From Enoplolaimus lenunculus (lineage: Eukaryota), in NCBI GenBank assembly GCA_030248215.1, contig JASANG010002067.1:1-64000 (forward strand): a DNA stretch of 64,000 nucleotides, written 5' to 3'. Of this stretch, positions 10,711 to 23,500 are shown one piece after another (position 1 is the first letter of the stretch; each line of letters opens with the position of its first letter). A model generated the notes under the pieces. It did no database searches and had not been told where the DNA came from. It worked only from the letters and a program-made list of their open reading frames with translations. The position numbers were made by a program, and so were the translations under genes.

Positions 10711-11331
10711 ATGTCAGTCTTCTGTAGGGACCGGGGACTTCAGATCTTTCTACTAAACAGCTGGAAAAGTGAGCTTCCGGAGTGGGGATCGAACTCTCAG
10801 CCTACGGATCCTTAAGCGAATACTCTACCACTGCGCCACGCAGTGCGCCCCTTCAACTGTATTTTTCGTCGACTATGTTTCGACCGTATTGTGAAAGCAA
10901 CATACATACAGTGCATTGCACTATATTGCATGTGCACATAACGGACAAGCATGTCTCACATGCTTACATGCCCTTATTTTCAACAAGGTCGTCCCTTGAC
11001 CGTCCATCCTATGTTCGACTGGATACTGTGTTAATAGCGCGGCAGTTTATCATTGCACTCACGGCATAGCCCCCATGTCAGTCTAGATAGGGACCGGGAC
11101 TTCAGATCTTTCTACTAAGCAGCTGGAAAAGCGAGCCTTCGGCGCGAAGATCGAACTCTCAGCCTACGAATAGTTAAGCGAACGCTCTGCCACTGCGCCA
11201 CGTAGCCCGCCTTTATAACTGCATTTTTCGTCGACAATGTGTCGACCGTATGCTGCCAGCTAGCATGCATACAATGCACTGCAGTATATTGCATGTGCAC
11301 ATAACGGACAACCATGTCTCACATGCTTACA
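10711..11331 (-). repeat. Two tandem diverged tRNA-derived (SINE-like) units, ~10711-10968 and ~11075-11331
   Basis: Minus-strand TGGCGCAGTGG (A box) and GAGTTCGATC (B box) in both copies; ~255 bp alignable, including ~120 bp upstream of the tRNA-like head; cloverleaf stems are degenerate. Confidence 0.75.
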
Positions 11332-13748
11332 CGAAAGTAACATGATGTGAAATACAGTACCCAACAGATAATAGGTCGAAAGGGCAGATTTGTTACGATG
11401 AAAATGGAAAAGGTATGCCATGCCCGCACATGCATACGTTTGTCCTTGGTATTGTAAAAAAAATACAAGTAAGTTCTTGCCTTAGCGACTTTCCGTGGCC
11501 TGATATAAATTTGGCGGCCCGTTTCCGACGTAACCTTGAGTGGTAAATTTAACAATGTCAGGCAGGTTTAGTAGTTTTATTGTTTCAATTTCTTTTCGGA
11601 GAACAAAACAACATATAAATATTTTCCAAAATGCTATCGATGCAAAAAGTATTAACTACTCACGCTAACCTAGCTTAGTGATTATAAGCTTTAAGACATC
11701 ATTTTATTATAGATGCAAATCGATAAAGCCATATGTATTGTATAGATAGGCTCTCTACGACACGGTCGCTCCATTGCTTCAAAACAGCAGTTAACCAGGA
11801 GATAACATACAAGTTTTCTGATTTACAAATGCACAGCAAAATAGGCAGCCAAATAGAAATATAGGCACATATTACCTTCCTTTAACACAAGTGAAATGTG
11901 GGGGTGGGGCAACGTTCAGTTCATTTACCGCTGTTGTACGGTACAAACGCTCTCCGAAACAGAAAGGTTGAGTAAACTTTGTGTGTGGGTCAGATTTTTT
12001 ACTTCTCATTCTCCCACCTGACCCCCAATTTCAAATGTCGCTAAGCAGTAAGCAGGATACGAGCGAAATTTTGAGCGGAAAGGGCTGCACTCCAAATCGC
12101 AATTTCCGGGAAGTATCGATATATATCCGCGGAATTTTCCAAAATCCCAATTTCCTAAAATCCCTATTTCCCAAAATCCCGAGCGAAAACGGCTGCGCCC
12201 TCTGTCCCAATTGTCCGCACTGTCCACAGAGTAAACGGATAGTAAAAATAACGGAAACGGAAACGAAACGGATATTGATTAAAATAACGGAAACGAAAAC
12301 AGGCTTTAAAAGGCGTGCATATCTTCACTGATTTTTCAAAAAATAAAGAAAAAATGGCGGATGAATCGAAATTTTTAAGATTTTCGGCCAATCTATAACA
12401 CGGGGTTTCCAGTTTCATACGGTGGAAAGCTTATGACCAGGAGTGCAGCGCAGCCACTCCTGTATGACGTCCAGATTGTGGCTGGGAAAACTGAAAAATT
12501 CAAACGCCTAGGTGTTCCCATGTTTGGTGGGAAAATGAGAGGTGCACGGGAGGTTCGGAAAACTGGAAAATTGAAAAAGTTAAATGTATAGGATTTCTCT
12601 AGGTCTGCTTGGGAAGGAACACGTTGGTTGATTTGGCTGGAATATTGGAATGGGTGGTTCGGCTCGGAAAACTGAAAAAGCGGAAAATTTAAACGTACCT
12701 AGGTAAATAATTCCTTTCTGTTTGTTAGGAAATTTTATAGAAGTGTAGGCAAGGTGCAGAAAATGAGAAAGTGGAAAAGTTAAACGTAAGGCTTCTCAAC
12801 GTCTGGTAGGGAAGGAACATTGTGGTTGGTTTGGTCGGAAAATTGGGATGTGTGGTTCGGCTCGGAAAACAGAAAAAGTGAAAAAGTGAAAATTTAAACG
12901 TAGTTTTTATATCATTTGTTTTGGTTGGTAGGGAAAGTTAGAGGAGTAAGAGAAGTTCGGAAAGCGAGAAAAGTGGTTTTGTTCGGAAAACGTGAAAAGT
13001 GGAAAGTTAAAATCCTAGATTTTCGCATTTCCCTGAGTTGGTAGGGAAAATCAGAAGCCTAGGCTTTGTTTGGAAAATGGGAAGTGGTTAAAACTAAACG
13101 CGCCAAACATGTGCATTTTGTAAAACTTTGCAAAATTTCACTACCGAAATTGCCGGAACCTCCGGCAAAAATTCCACCGGAGCCTGAGGTCGATTTTCTG
13201 CCGTAGCAGGAGCCGAAGGCAGACCTCCGGTTGTACTCTGCAATTGTCGGTTTTGTTTTAGAAAGATTGATGCCTGATTTATACATTTTATTTTTATAGT
13301 TGTTCGTAATAATGCGTAAATGATGTGAGGTATGTTAAACTTAACTTTCAGTATACAATTTGTAACTGGAATTAAATTTCCATTTAGAGCAAGCCGTCTA
13401 TAGTTTTTCAATTTTAACTATACAACGGTTGGAAAAAATTCTGTACAAATACCAGGTTTTTCGTGTATGGGAGACAGCAAAAATGCAGAAATTTAAGTAC
13501 ACTTCTCTCCAAGTGTCTCCACTGTCCGAATTATATTTGCTGTGTATACTCTTAGTGATACATTGCTGTCTAGAAACAATAGGACGGTCATAAGCGTAAC
13601 ATTGACCGGTTTATACCATAATTTTAATTAATAGTTCGCACGGCTAATAAAAGTTATATTGTTCTGTCTTTAAATCTTAAACATTGAGACTAACTAATAC
13701 GAATTTCAACATTATTTCTGTTATTGGTCATAATGTTAGCTGTTATAA

Positions 13749-14688
13749 CCTTTTCTCACTACAGTTGTAGACTGAGTAAGTTTTTCGGAAATCCATGCAA
13801 GTGAATTAACGCACAATGCGCAGTGTTTAACATACAGTACGAGTATGCATGCACATTGCAAAATCTCCACAAGACATGAGAACCTCGCGCAGCTAGAGCG
13901 TCAAGCTCCTTTAGCTGAGTTTTGATGGTAATGGGTCATTCACGTTATACTGATTACGTGAATGTTACAAATATACTTCCTTTTTGTTCGGATCCCCGCC
14001 TCTGTTAAAAAACCACTTTGTATTAAATGTTCTCAGGTCCGTGTATCATTTATATATTTAGCATGTTGCATATATGTATGTGTCCGCCGGATAAAAAGTC
14101 GTCTGGACAAAAGGCCGTCTGCACAAAAAGCCGTCCGAACAAAAGCCCGCCTGGATAAAAGGTCGTCCGAACAAAAGGTCGTCCGAACAAAAGATCGTCC
14201 GGACAAAAGGTCGCCCGGAAAAAAGGTCGTTCGGGCAGTGCTGTTTTGTATCTCAGTCGAATTGAACAGACTACATGGTTTTCTACATCGATGTAGACAT
14301 TAACTTTCATAATTGATAAACAACTCCCCCCGTAGATTGCGATTTGAGTTTTGGCTTGAAACCTAACACTAAATATATATTCATGTGAGAAAGGGTTTAT
14401 ACAAAAAACAAGTTCTGACTAATGGAAAAAATTTCAATTGCTGTTTTAACCCAGATTCTCATTGTGAGCAACTTCAAAACAATATGTTTAAGTGAATTAA
14501 CACACAGTGCACAATGTTTAACAATTACTACGTGCATGCACAGTGCAAAATCTTCGCAAGACCATAGAGTACACTTGAAATACTTATAACTGAAGAGTAA
14601 TGGTAAACGCCCCCCACCCATGAGTCAGAAAATCAAGTCCTGGCATGACAAACTTCTTGTACGCAAAACTAAACAATGTCTGAAAAGG
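13749..14688 (-). mobile_element. Two tandem diverged copies of the TTAA MITE (13749-14395, interrupted by a ~380-bp insert; 14450-14688)
   Basis: Terminus CATGTGAGAAAGGG at 14382-14395; CGTCAAGCTCCTTTAGCTGAGT at ~13900-13920; second copy has GGTAAACGCCCCCCACCC and ends GAAAAGG|TTAA. Confidence 0.65.
14085..14235. repeat. Short tandem array of ~15-bp units (CGGACAAAAGGTCGTC-like) inside an insertion
   Basis: About 9-10 imperfect copies visible; they generate the spurious ORFs 13962-14303 and 14050-14310. Confidence 0.8.
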
Positions 14689-15356
14689 TTAACGTTGACT
14701 TTGTATTGTCTGCAAAACTACAGCAAATATCGTTTTTGTTGCACGACTGCAGTATACCAGTTCTTAGTTCGAGAATCTGCAGCACGCTGCATCACACATA
14801 GAATGTTTATAGAATTATTGGGCATTTCGTTCTAAATTCGACACAAATTTTGAAAACCCAAGACTGTTCCCGAACAATTATTAAAGGGACTTTGCGCAAC
14901 GGCACCCAATGTTTACCAACAGTTGATTAACGCGAGTTAGCAATGCTTTTGTTCGATGATCGTTTGCGTTGTCATTGTTTGCCAGGATGGCTTTGAGTAA
15001 CCCTTTTAGCGCCAGTTACTCGTACAAATTCTAGTGGGTTTTGCGGTTCCAATCAGAGACTTGGTGTTGTAAACGCCAAATATGTTTCTTCGTAGTCCAA
15101 TGTCCAACTGTGTTACGTCGAGTATTAATCCCAATCAATAGTCAAATTTTTAGAATCTATATAACATCGATCTTGGATACTGTAGTGACCCGAATAAGAG
15201 AGGGGGACTGACATTTATTAGGCCTCATTAGAGGGTACCCCACGTTATTCGGTTACGGACTGCTATTTATTTTTAACCCGCCCTACGCCACCCTTCGTTA
15301 CTGATAATTAATATCATGAAGCAAAGCTTTTCAATTTTTAGCCAATGTACAGAAGA

Positions 15357-15898
15357 GGGCCGTAACAACGGTATAAGCATATTCTTAAGCCTAAGCCAAA
15401 GCCAAGTCGTACGAACACGCTTATACCAATAAGCCTAAGACTGAGCCTAAGCCTACGACTAAACAAACAATTAGTCTAAAGCTTAAACTGACTCTTACAA
15501 TCCCAAAAAAAACGTTCCGCCTCGGATCATTATTTGGACCCAAATTTTTAGTGCTCACTAATTCAATTATTGTATTTAGGTTTATGGCATTTGATTACAA
15601 CAAAAGCGTGTAGATGTTCCAAAAGCTTACGATACATCAATCGACGGCCCATTCGACTATATACGGCATTAAAACGGTGTGCAACAATATAATTGGCCCA
15701 ATGTACCTATAGATCAAGGACGGAAATGTAATAAGTATTAGCATATTCCTAAGACTAATCCTAATCCTAAGCGTAAGAATGAGCTTATACATAAGCCTAA
15801 GACTAAACCTAAGCCTTAGCTAAAAATATTCTAAAACTTAAGCTTATTCCACTGCGGTCAACAGAAAAACGTTCCGCCCCTCATCTTTACATGGGCCC
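15357..15898 (+). mobile_element. Two copies (15357-15541, ~15725-15898) of a ~180-bp dispersed element containing (GCCTAA)n telomere-type repeats; other copies at ~661-739, 1163-1303, 25596-25770, 43867-44037 and 44286-44447
   Basis: Shared architecture: (CGTAACAG)..TATAAGCATATTCCTAA-(GCCTAA)n-AAAAATTAGTCTAAAGCTTAA..AAAACGTTCCGCCC..GATCTTTACATGGGCC, found in both orientations. Confidence 0.75.
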
Positions 15899-16858
15899 AT
15901 TCATTGATATATTAAAAACTTTTGTTGAAGCTTGATTTCGAAGGCAGTATTAAACCCAAGGATGGCGAATTTTATTAAATTCGAGTATTTTGGCAAACTT
16001 AGGATCGATGAAAGTATAACCAAGACCTGGGATCAAACAAAGGGATCAAACAAAACCTTTATCAGCTACTTACTATTATGGCAGCGCACAATTGTGTTTT
16101 GACAAAATTTTGTTAACCTAAAGCTGGCAATGGCAACAAGGATGCAAAGTACTATCAAATTCTTGGTCAGCACATTTATATATGAGTATACATCTATTTA
16201 ATTTAAATCTTTACGTCTACGCTAATAAGCTAAGACTGAGGCTTTTGCTTGGGGATAAGTGTAGCGCATTAATATTTAATGTACATTTATTCAATTTAAA
16301 TCTTTAGGTCTAGGCTTAAGATAGGGCTGAGGCTTATGCTTAGGCTAAGGCGTAGGTTTCGCTCCAAACTTAAGCTTAGGCTTAGGCTTAACCTTCATTT
16401 TAGGAAACATCAATTTGGATAGAGCAGCTATGTTACAATATGTAGTAAGTATCTCAAGCTCACGTTTTGTAAGTCTTTATTTCAGGATCATGCAAAACAA
16501 GCGCTGTTGCATTGTTTTAAACTGCAGGACTTTAAGTTTGGCTTGAAGTGGCAATTAAGAATATTACATGTCTAAGAGGTTGACCGCTGCAACATAATAT
16601 TCTGCCATTTGTCCCGTAAACATTTAACAGACAAATCTTTCAAGCGTCAAACTCCAGGCAAAATGTGAAGATTTTGGTTACAAAATTTACGAAATTAGGG
16701 ACATTCATGAGTTGCTTCTTGAACGTTAAGTTTGCATTTCGCACCAATCTTCACACTTCAGCACACTACATATGTTCTTAAATGTCAGTCTTTTCAGGTC
16801 AATAAAGGTGGAATAAGCTGGAAAAGTGCCACAGTTGCTTTCATTATATATAACGCTA

Positions 16859-17560
16859 TCAATGAGGTGCGGCACCTCGAACACCAGAATGCAACGCATA
16901 ATTGCTTGCGCTTGTTTCTGCTGATGCCCTTAAGCTAAATCCAGGCATGGCTGATTTCATTGTAACGTCCGTAGACGCATTAAGACGGGCAAAATCACCT
17001 GCAAACATTCCAGCTTGCATCATTGCTAGTCCTAAATGATGATAAGTCGCGCCCTGAGCGGTTCCAGCAGGTGGCCTTGTATGGCGGCGTTGTGCTTGTC
17101 GTACACGAGACTGTTGAGCTAGCAGTCGTGTTGGACCCCCGGCTCCTTGGTTGTTTCGTGATTTGTTGACAGTGTCTGATGCCCTTTGAGTTGTCTTAAA
17201 TGATAGACCAGTTGATAGTTTATCGGCAAATTTGTGTTTTCTGGGTCGGCCGTTTCCAGGTTCGGATTGGCGATTTTTGGAGGCACAAGTTGATTTCACG
17301 TTGTTTGAATGATCGTAATATGTTGCCGGTGCCGCTGAGTTAGATCTTGATGAAGTTGACCTATCTTCAACGGAGGAGGCTATGTGATAATCTACAGTTG
17401 CGTTTAATCCGAAACTGTCACCGCTTGCTAGATCATGTGTTTTGCTGATAATTGTTGAAGATTTTTGAGGCGAATTTTTCAAACTGTGAGAGTCGCTCGG
17501 CGTCACAATGATGTGTTCGTTTGTTGAGACTGATTTTCGCCGCAGACAGACATTGCCCAT
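16859..17560 (-). CDS. Uncharacterised 233-aa Ser/Arg/Ala-rich protein with an MGNVC N-terminus (possible N-myristoylation/palmitoylation)
   Basis: 702-nt non-repetitive ORF, much longer than background ORFs and more GC-rich than its flanks; starts ATG GGC AAT GTC TGT; no recognisable domain. Confidence 0.65.
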   Translation of the reverse strand: MGNVCLRRKSVSTNEHIIVTPSDSHSLKNSPQKSSTIISKTHDLASGDSFGLNATVDYHIASSVEDRSTSSRSNSAAPATYYDHSNNVKSTCASKNRQSEPGNGRPRKHKFADKLSTGLSFKTTQRASDTVNKSRNNQGAGGPTRLLAQQSRVRQAQRRHTRPPAGTAQGATYHHLGLAMMQAGMFAGDFARLNASTDVTMKSAMPGFSLRASAETSASNYALHSGVRGAAPH

Positions 17561-20500
17561 TTCGTGTGATTCCAACGTTTAACAGTTAATAGGTAATTAA
17601 TTTGACGATCTATGTATAAAATTAAATCTATATAACTAATACTAAAATACCTTACATACGAATTTTGGACAACGTTCCAGCATTGCTTTTCTTACAATAT
17701 TTTCTTAGAACAGTAACGTGATTGTTCTGTGAAAGCAAAATTTGCATGCAGAATGTTGTGCATTGGCAAACGTTTGCGCATGGCGCAAAGCCAGCTGACT
17801 ACTGTAGTAACCCGAATAAGGAGGTGCGTAATGAGAGGGGATCCCGAAGCGGATAAAAAATTTCAATCCGATTTTGCGTTAATATCAACACTGAAGCAAA
17901 ATCAGGTAAACTGGATATACTTATCTCGTAGCAATTCAATTTACTCAAATGCTCAAGTTTCAAATAAACAATCTGCATGCAACATTGCGTCAATTTTTTC
18001 GCCCTGTTTAGCCAAATTCTCAACAATTTTCATAGATGCCTATAATTTTAAACATCAATTCCAAGCTTTTCATCTCAATATTTGCCAAAACTAAAACCTT
18101 AAAATATTTTGACTTGACCGCCAAAATCACTTCGTCTCTATTGTTGTTCAGAAGACCTATAAGTATTTCTCACCTCCGACAAATATCTTTGCAGATCTTC
18201 GATTTTTGTTATTGATTTTACCTTTATTCGCAAAAAAAACTGTATTAGCTTGCAATACGAATGAAAAACCCAATTTTAAACTAACGAACATAGCAATTGG
18301 TCTTAGAGACAATTTTCGATTTCAAATTATTCTCAGAATAAAACAATATCCACCGTTTGAGATTGAATAAACGAATCATTTGTCTGATAAGTGTTTAATA
18401 AATATTTTTTATACTCTGGGTTACCATTTTGCCTTCTTTTCGACTAACTATGTCGTGGCAAATTGGTGCGGTTGCATTGACATAGCTAGCGGGAACAGCT
18501 TTGCCATATGTGTTTATCAGGGACTGTGTTCGCTATATTTGCACTTTAAAACAACGACGTAACTCGAGATTGGCGGCCAGAGGATGCACACCTTTTTCAA
18601 ACCACATTGTGATTTGTCAAGTCGAGTTTTTGCGCTATTTAATCATCATCAGCGATTAACAAACTGTATATACATAATATGCATATATAAATATCTATAA
18701 TGGATGAAGATTTTAGTCGATTTTTCCTGCTGATCACATCAATCCAAGTGCTCAACTGCGTTCAAACGCCTTACCTACATTTTTACTCGATTATTGTCCT
18801 GCCGGAACGAGGACACAGCTAACAATGTGGGGTAATAATTGACAATGGTTCTCACCGCCCGGTGTACCGAATGAGTATCAAATGCAGCAAGCGTTCGGCA
18901 ATTTTTCAATTCTAAACCAAAAGCGATGTGTTTTTCAATAATCTATTTTTAATATTTGTACCACGGAACGCGGACAAATTGGCGCGATGGCGTTGACACA
19001 AAACGATATGCTCAAAACACTCAATATCTGTCATTTAGAAGAAAACAAACAGTAATTTGATATTCAAAACGGATAGTAAAACGACGTACTGTTGAATAAA
19101 ACACACATATGCTTCAGTGTAGTAGTTTGATATTGCCATTAGTTGTACTGAAAATTAAACTGCATGAATTGAGTGCTATAAAATCGTCAGTCTTGTAACC
19201 ATGAATTGCTAACAGAACGGACTAGAAGATTTCTTGCTTGGGCAGAAAAAATTACTTACGGAAAATTCTTTTAATACTATTGACAGACAATTATTTTAGC
19301 CCGTCGGGCGAAGATGTCTACAAGCAACATAGCCTTGTCTGTCCCTAGTAGGTGAAGCCTTGCCGCATATATCTAGCGCAACCGCTTCTCGTGACACATG
19401 CGATACAATAAAATCGCTTTTATAAATGTATTTTAGTGCTGCAATTTATTTTAGGGTTTATTCAAATTAAAACTTTAATTATTGTCTAAATCAACCTTTC
19501 AAAGCCCAAAAGAGCACTTCGAATACACTTTAAGACTTATTATTTGCAATACCGTCTAGATACTCAGAGGAAAAACAATAAAACTCGCTGTGCTAAATAT
19601 TGGCAAATTTTTGAGTTACCAAATATATTCGACGTGTTAATAGAATTTAATAAAAAACTTGATCCCTTGTCCCAAGAGGTTTTTATGCAGAATCGTATGC
19701 GAACGCATCACGCGTCCTGCTCGAGTAGCTCGATTAATACTAAAAAATTTTTAAATTGAAGTTTATATGCTTTGGCAGATTCACTGTTCATGGTACCACT
19801 CGGTAAAGAACCTTTAAAATGTTAAACATTTTTTAAAAACAACTGACTAAACCAAAAAGTTTTTGCCAGCATCAGCAAGACTAATTTACCAAATTTCGAT
19901 AGGAAACAACGACGGATCCTGGATTTTCTGATGCAGAAAACACTGAGTGAAAAGTGCAAAAAACGCACTTCGCAGTCTTAATTGCAGGATTATTTCGAGC
20001 ATGTGGTAATGCAATTTGATATAGAATAATACCTTCAGTGTCTGGCGAAGCTTTAATTCAATATTGTCAGCAAAAATATTTTTTGGCGAACAGGTCATTT
20101 CAACATTCTGCGTGCATATTTTACGAGTATTGGTGTTTTTTGTGCAAAACGTTACAGCCAATCAGAACAGAGCAAGCAAACTTTGGCTGTTAGTGGTTAA
20201 ATTCAAAGTCTATTTTTATTTGGAAACTGTTCAATATCAATAATACGATCGGATTTGAATTGATCAGAAATAATTCCACTTAGGGTCAGCCTAAGCAGCA
20301 AAAATCGAATTCACAATTGCGTAAAGATACGTCCTGGGTAGCGAAATACATCTTATCAGAATGGTATTGGTTGCAAAACGTTTTTAAATTTAGCGTTGAA
20401 TAATAAATGTGTAGATAAACAAAATGTATCTGATGAATGCGCGTACTCCGATGTATTTAAACGCGTTTGAAACGGCATGAGAGCCTGTTACATAAGCGCT

Positions 20501-23500
20501 GAGCTTCTTCAACAACGCAAATCTTTTGCTCGACAAACACTAGTATATTTTCAAAATATTAGCACATTTAGTACTAATACGAAAATATGCATGCTTCAAC
20601 TAAAAAGAGCCTAAATTACTGCCAATATTTTCATTGGTTAGAACTGATCGAGTTCACCAATAATTGCGACCCTCTCGTGAAACGGATGAAGCCAATATAA
20701 AAAATATAATCTTTGAAGTTGCAGTTTAACCACAAAGGTGGGATTAGTGTTGAAACTGGCAAAATAAAACGTGGATCCTCATGGTTAAATGCCGGTGGTG
20801 CCATAAAATGTTAGAGTCCAATTTTTAAATAAGAAAAAATGTACAACATATCTCTTGTAAAAGCCAAACATATTCAAGAAAGCAGTCATGTGTTTCTCGG
20901 AACAAAGACATCGAAAAACCCCAAATTGAGCGTACACACTCTGGGAGGGATGAAACGGATATAGACCGTTTCGAAATCTTTTGAGAAACAACACAAAGAA
21001 CGTAGAACAAGATTTAGAATAATCATGAGAATTTTAGAGGTCACAAAGTTTTTAGCATAAGGTTTACCCTCCCGAAATGAAATAGTAGATACTCGCCTGA
21101 AAAAACCATCCGGACGACCCTAAAATCAATTTAGTTGTTTATGGCCTTCGATGCGCCGTTGTTTGTTTGTAACCATGTAAAACGATTGCAAACGAGTTTA
21201 AGCAAACAAAGCGGTTAGTTTCACAAAGGGGGCCGTTGCTTTCCCCGGAGTTAGAAAACTTTTTATAAAAACACTAAGCTTCTTATTTTACAAATTTTTA
21301 CTATCGACTTGAATTTATGTTTAGCTTTTTGCTCTATCTACTCTTGAGGTCACTTTCGCTATATATTATATATAGGTCCCATTTGTCAACAATTTCTGTA
21401 TCCGCCACTCTTTACGTACATGCGCCGAAAATGAACCGACAAGGTTGACACACGGCATCTCAAAAATTGGTTTGCATTCTCATTTAGCTGCCGTGATTTG
21501 TGAAAAGTTGCGAGTCACAATTGTTCCGCTGTATCGGGTTTGTAGTTTTTTCTGCCATTACATTTCGGCTTAAACATATCAGAAAAATAATTGCAAAGAG
21601 GTAAGACCGAGGAACGCACGCGTCTTCAACAGGATTCTGCACCGCTGTATACCTGTCTAAATACTAAACTCCTTATACAATCATTAAAAGAATTCTATGT
21701 TTAAATTTTTTTTACCCCTTTAATTCAATTCACCTTGCACGGTATTTAGATTTTAGACGTATAATGTAACGTGGGTATCACGTACTAATTTTGCTATTAC
21801 ACCTGCTGCGAATCATAAACACGCAACGACCGGGCTTCTATTGGGAAATTGGTTTCTAAAGTTGATCTACTCGCATGAATTAATTTTTACTTTGATTTCA
21901 GTGACTGTTAACCTGATTTGTTACTTGATGTGGTCAATGAATTTTCACGGAACGCCGCATCTAGAAAGTTGAAAGAAAACGAGGAGGAAGCGTCATTTGT
22001 TGTAGCCCTGCTTAATTTTTCAGTTATAGATTGAGTCAGAGCACTTCTGTAAGGTAGTAAAAGAACAAATTAATTGAAATTCAATGAATTGAATTTTACT
22101 TTCTTTTGCATAAGCAAATCAGCTTGATTCAATACTAAAACATGAACACGATTATAGCTACCTATTTCATACCTGCGCAATATAAATCTAAATAAAACTA
22201 AGGTTCTTGTAACCTTTACCCGACATCTGTGGTTACGGTTTTATGGTTAAATAATGGTTTACGCTTAGGTAAGTCTTTCCCAATAGCTAAGGCTTAGCCT
22301 AGGCCTAAACCTGTGAGACGTATGTGTACTAAAGCCAACTTTAACTATTTTGTAAAATTAGCACAGACTTAAAATAACTTTTTCCACATTTATTAAGTTT
22401 AAGTCATTTAGGTTTAGGTAAAGGCTTACTATGCACTTTTTCAAAATCTAAACTTGACCCTAAACCTAAGCGCGCAGGAAGAACAGTGTACAGAAGCCAT
22501 ACTTTAAATTCCAACCAGAAAAACTCTACACAATTTGCCATATATTTGACAAGTGGTAAAACAAATTTTACTGGTTTGATAATCTTTGAAAAATATGAAT
22601 AAGGCGCTGGCAAGTACTACTACCATGTTTATAATCGTGTCTATTAATAAGAAAACTAAAAACAAATAATGATGTTTTAAGTCTACTTGTAAGCAAACGA
22701 TTTAACCAACTACACCAACATTTATTATCGTCGTGATTATTAATATAAATACCAGACTGCTCAATCATTTTTTGCCATTTAAAAATTTGCGTGATTGAGC
22801 CTCTCATAATAATTGTATAGATGTATTTGAATTGCTTCAGACGGCGTGTCAGTGCTAATTTGTATAAGTAAAAGTTTTTTACTGTTATGCACATAAAAAT
22901 TGACTTGAAACATCCAGACTGTTACATTATTAAATTGACAAGATCAATAATTTTGAAAGACGTTAATAGTCTTAAGAAGCACAGAGATCTGTGCCTCAAA
23001 TGTTTAAAACATAAATCTTTTATATTCAAGAAGCAAATTTATGAGGCACAAATTTCGTGCACGGAATATATTAATATTTGATAACTAATTTTCAGGTCCA
23101 GTCAATATGAGTAACCAAGCTTTAAAGGTAATACGGATTGAACTCACTGGTTTGCATCCCGGCTGAGGCGTAATTAATTTTAATGGAAGGATTGAATTCC
23201 AATTCGATAAAGTTTGATAAGCTATTCGAATGGCATATGTTATTTTTTTGTGATAAACATAATTTGTTCTCGATGTAAAAACATAGCAGTAAAACCAAAT
23301 TTCTTTTATAATACAGATCGACGGCGTAATCACGTAAAAGGAAGTAACTGTAAACGTAATTTAAAATTACAGCCCAGCTCGACGAACCTACTCCAATCAC
23401 AGTTGGCTAAGTTTGAGTTAAAATTGTAGAAAACGAGTTTACTAGCCAATTTTCATCTATTAACTATTGAATCAAAATTGTTATGAGTCCAAATACAAAA

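Noticed and set aside
11130..11210. Functional tRNA gene (also 10770-10850 and the MITE-internal copies)
   Set aside because: A/B boxes are present but acceptor, anticodon and T stems do not pair consistently; treated as tRNA-derived repeats.
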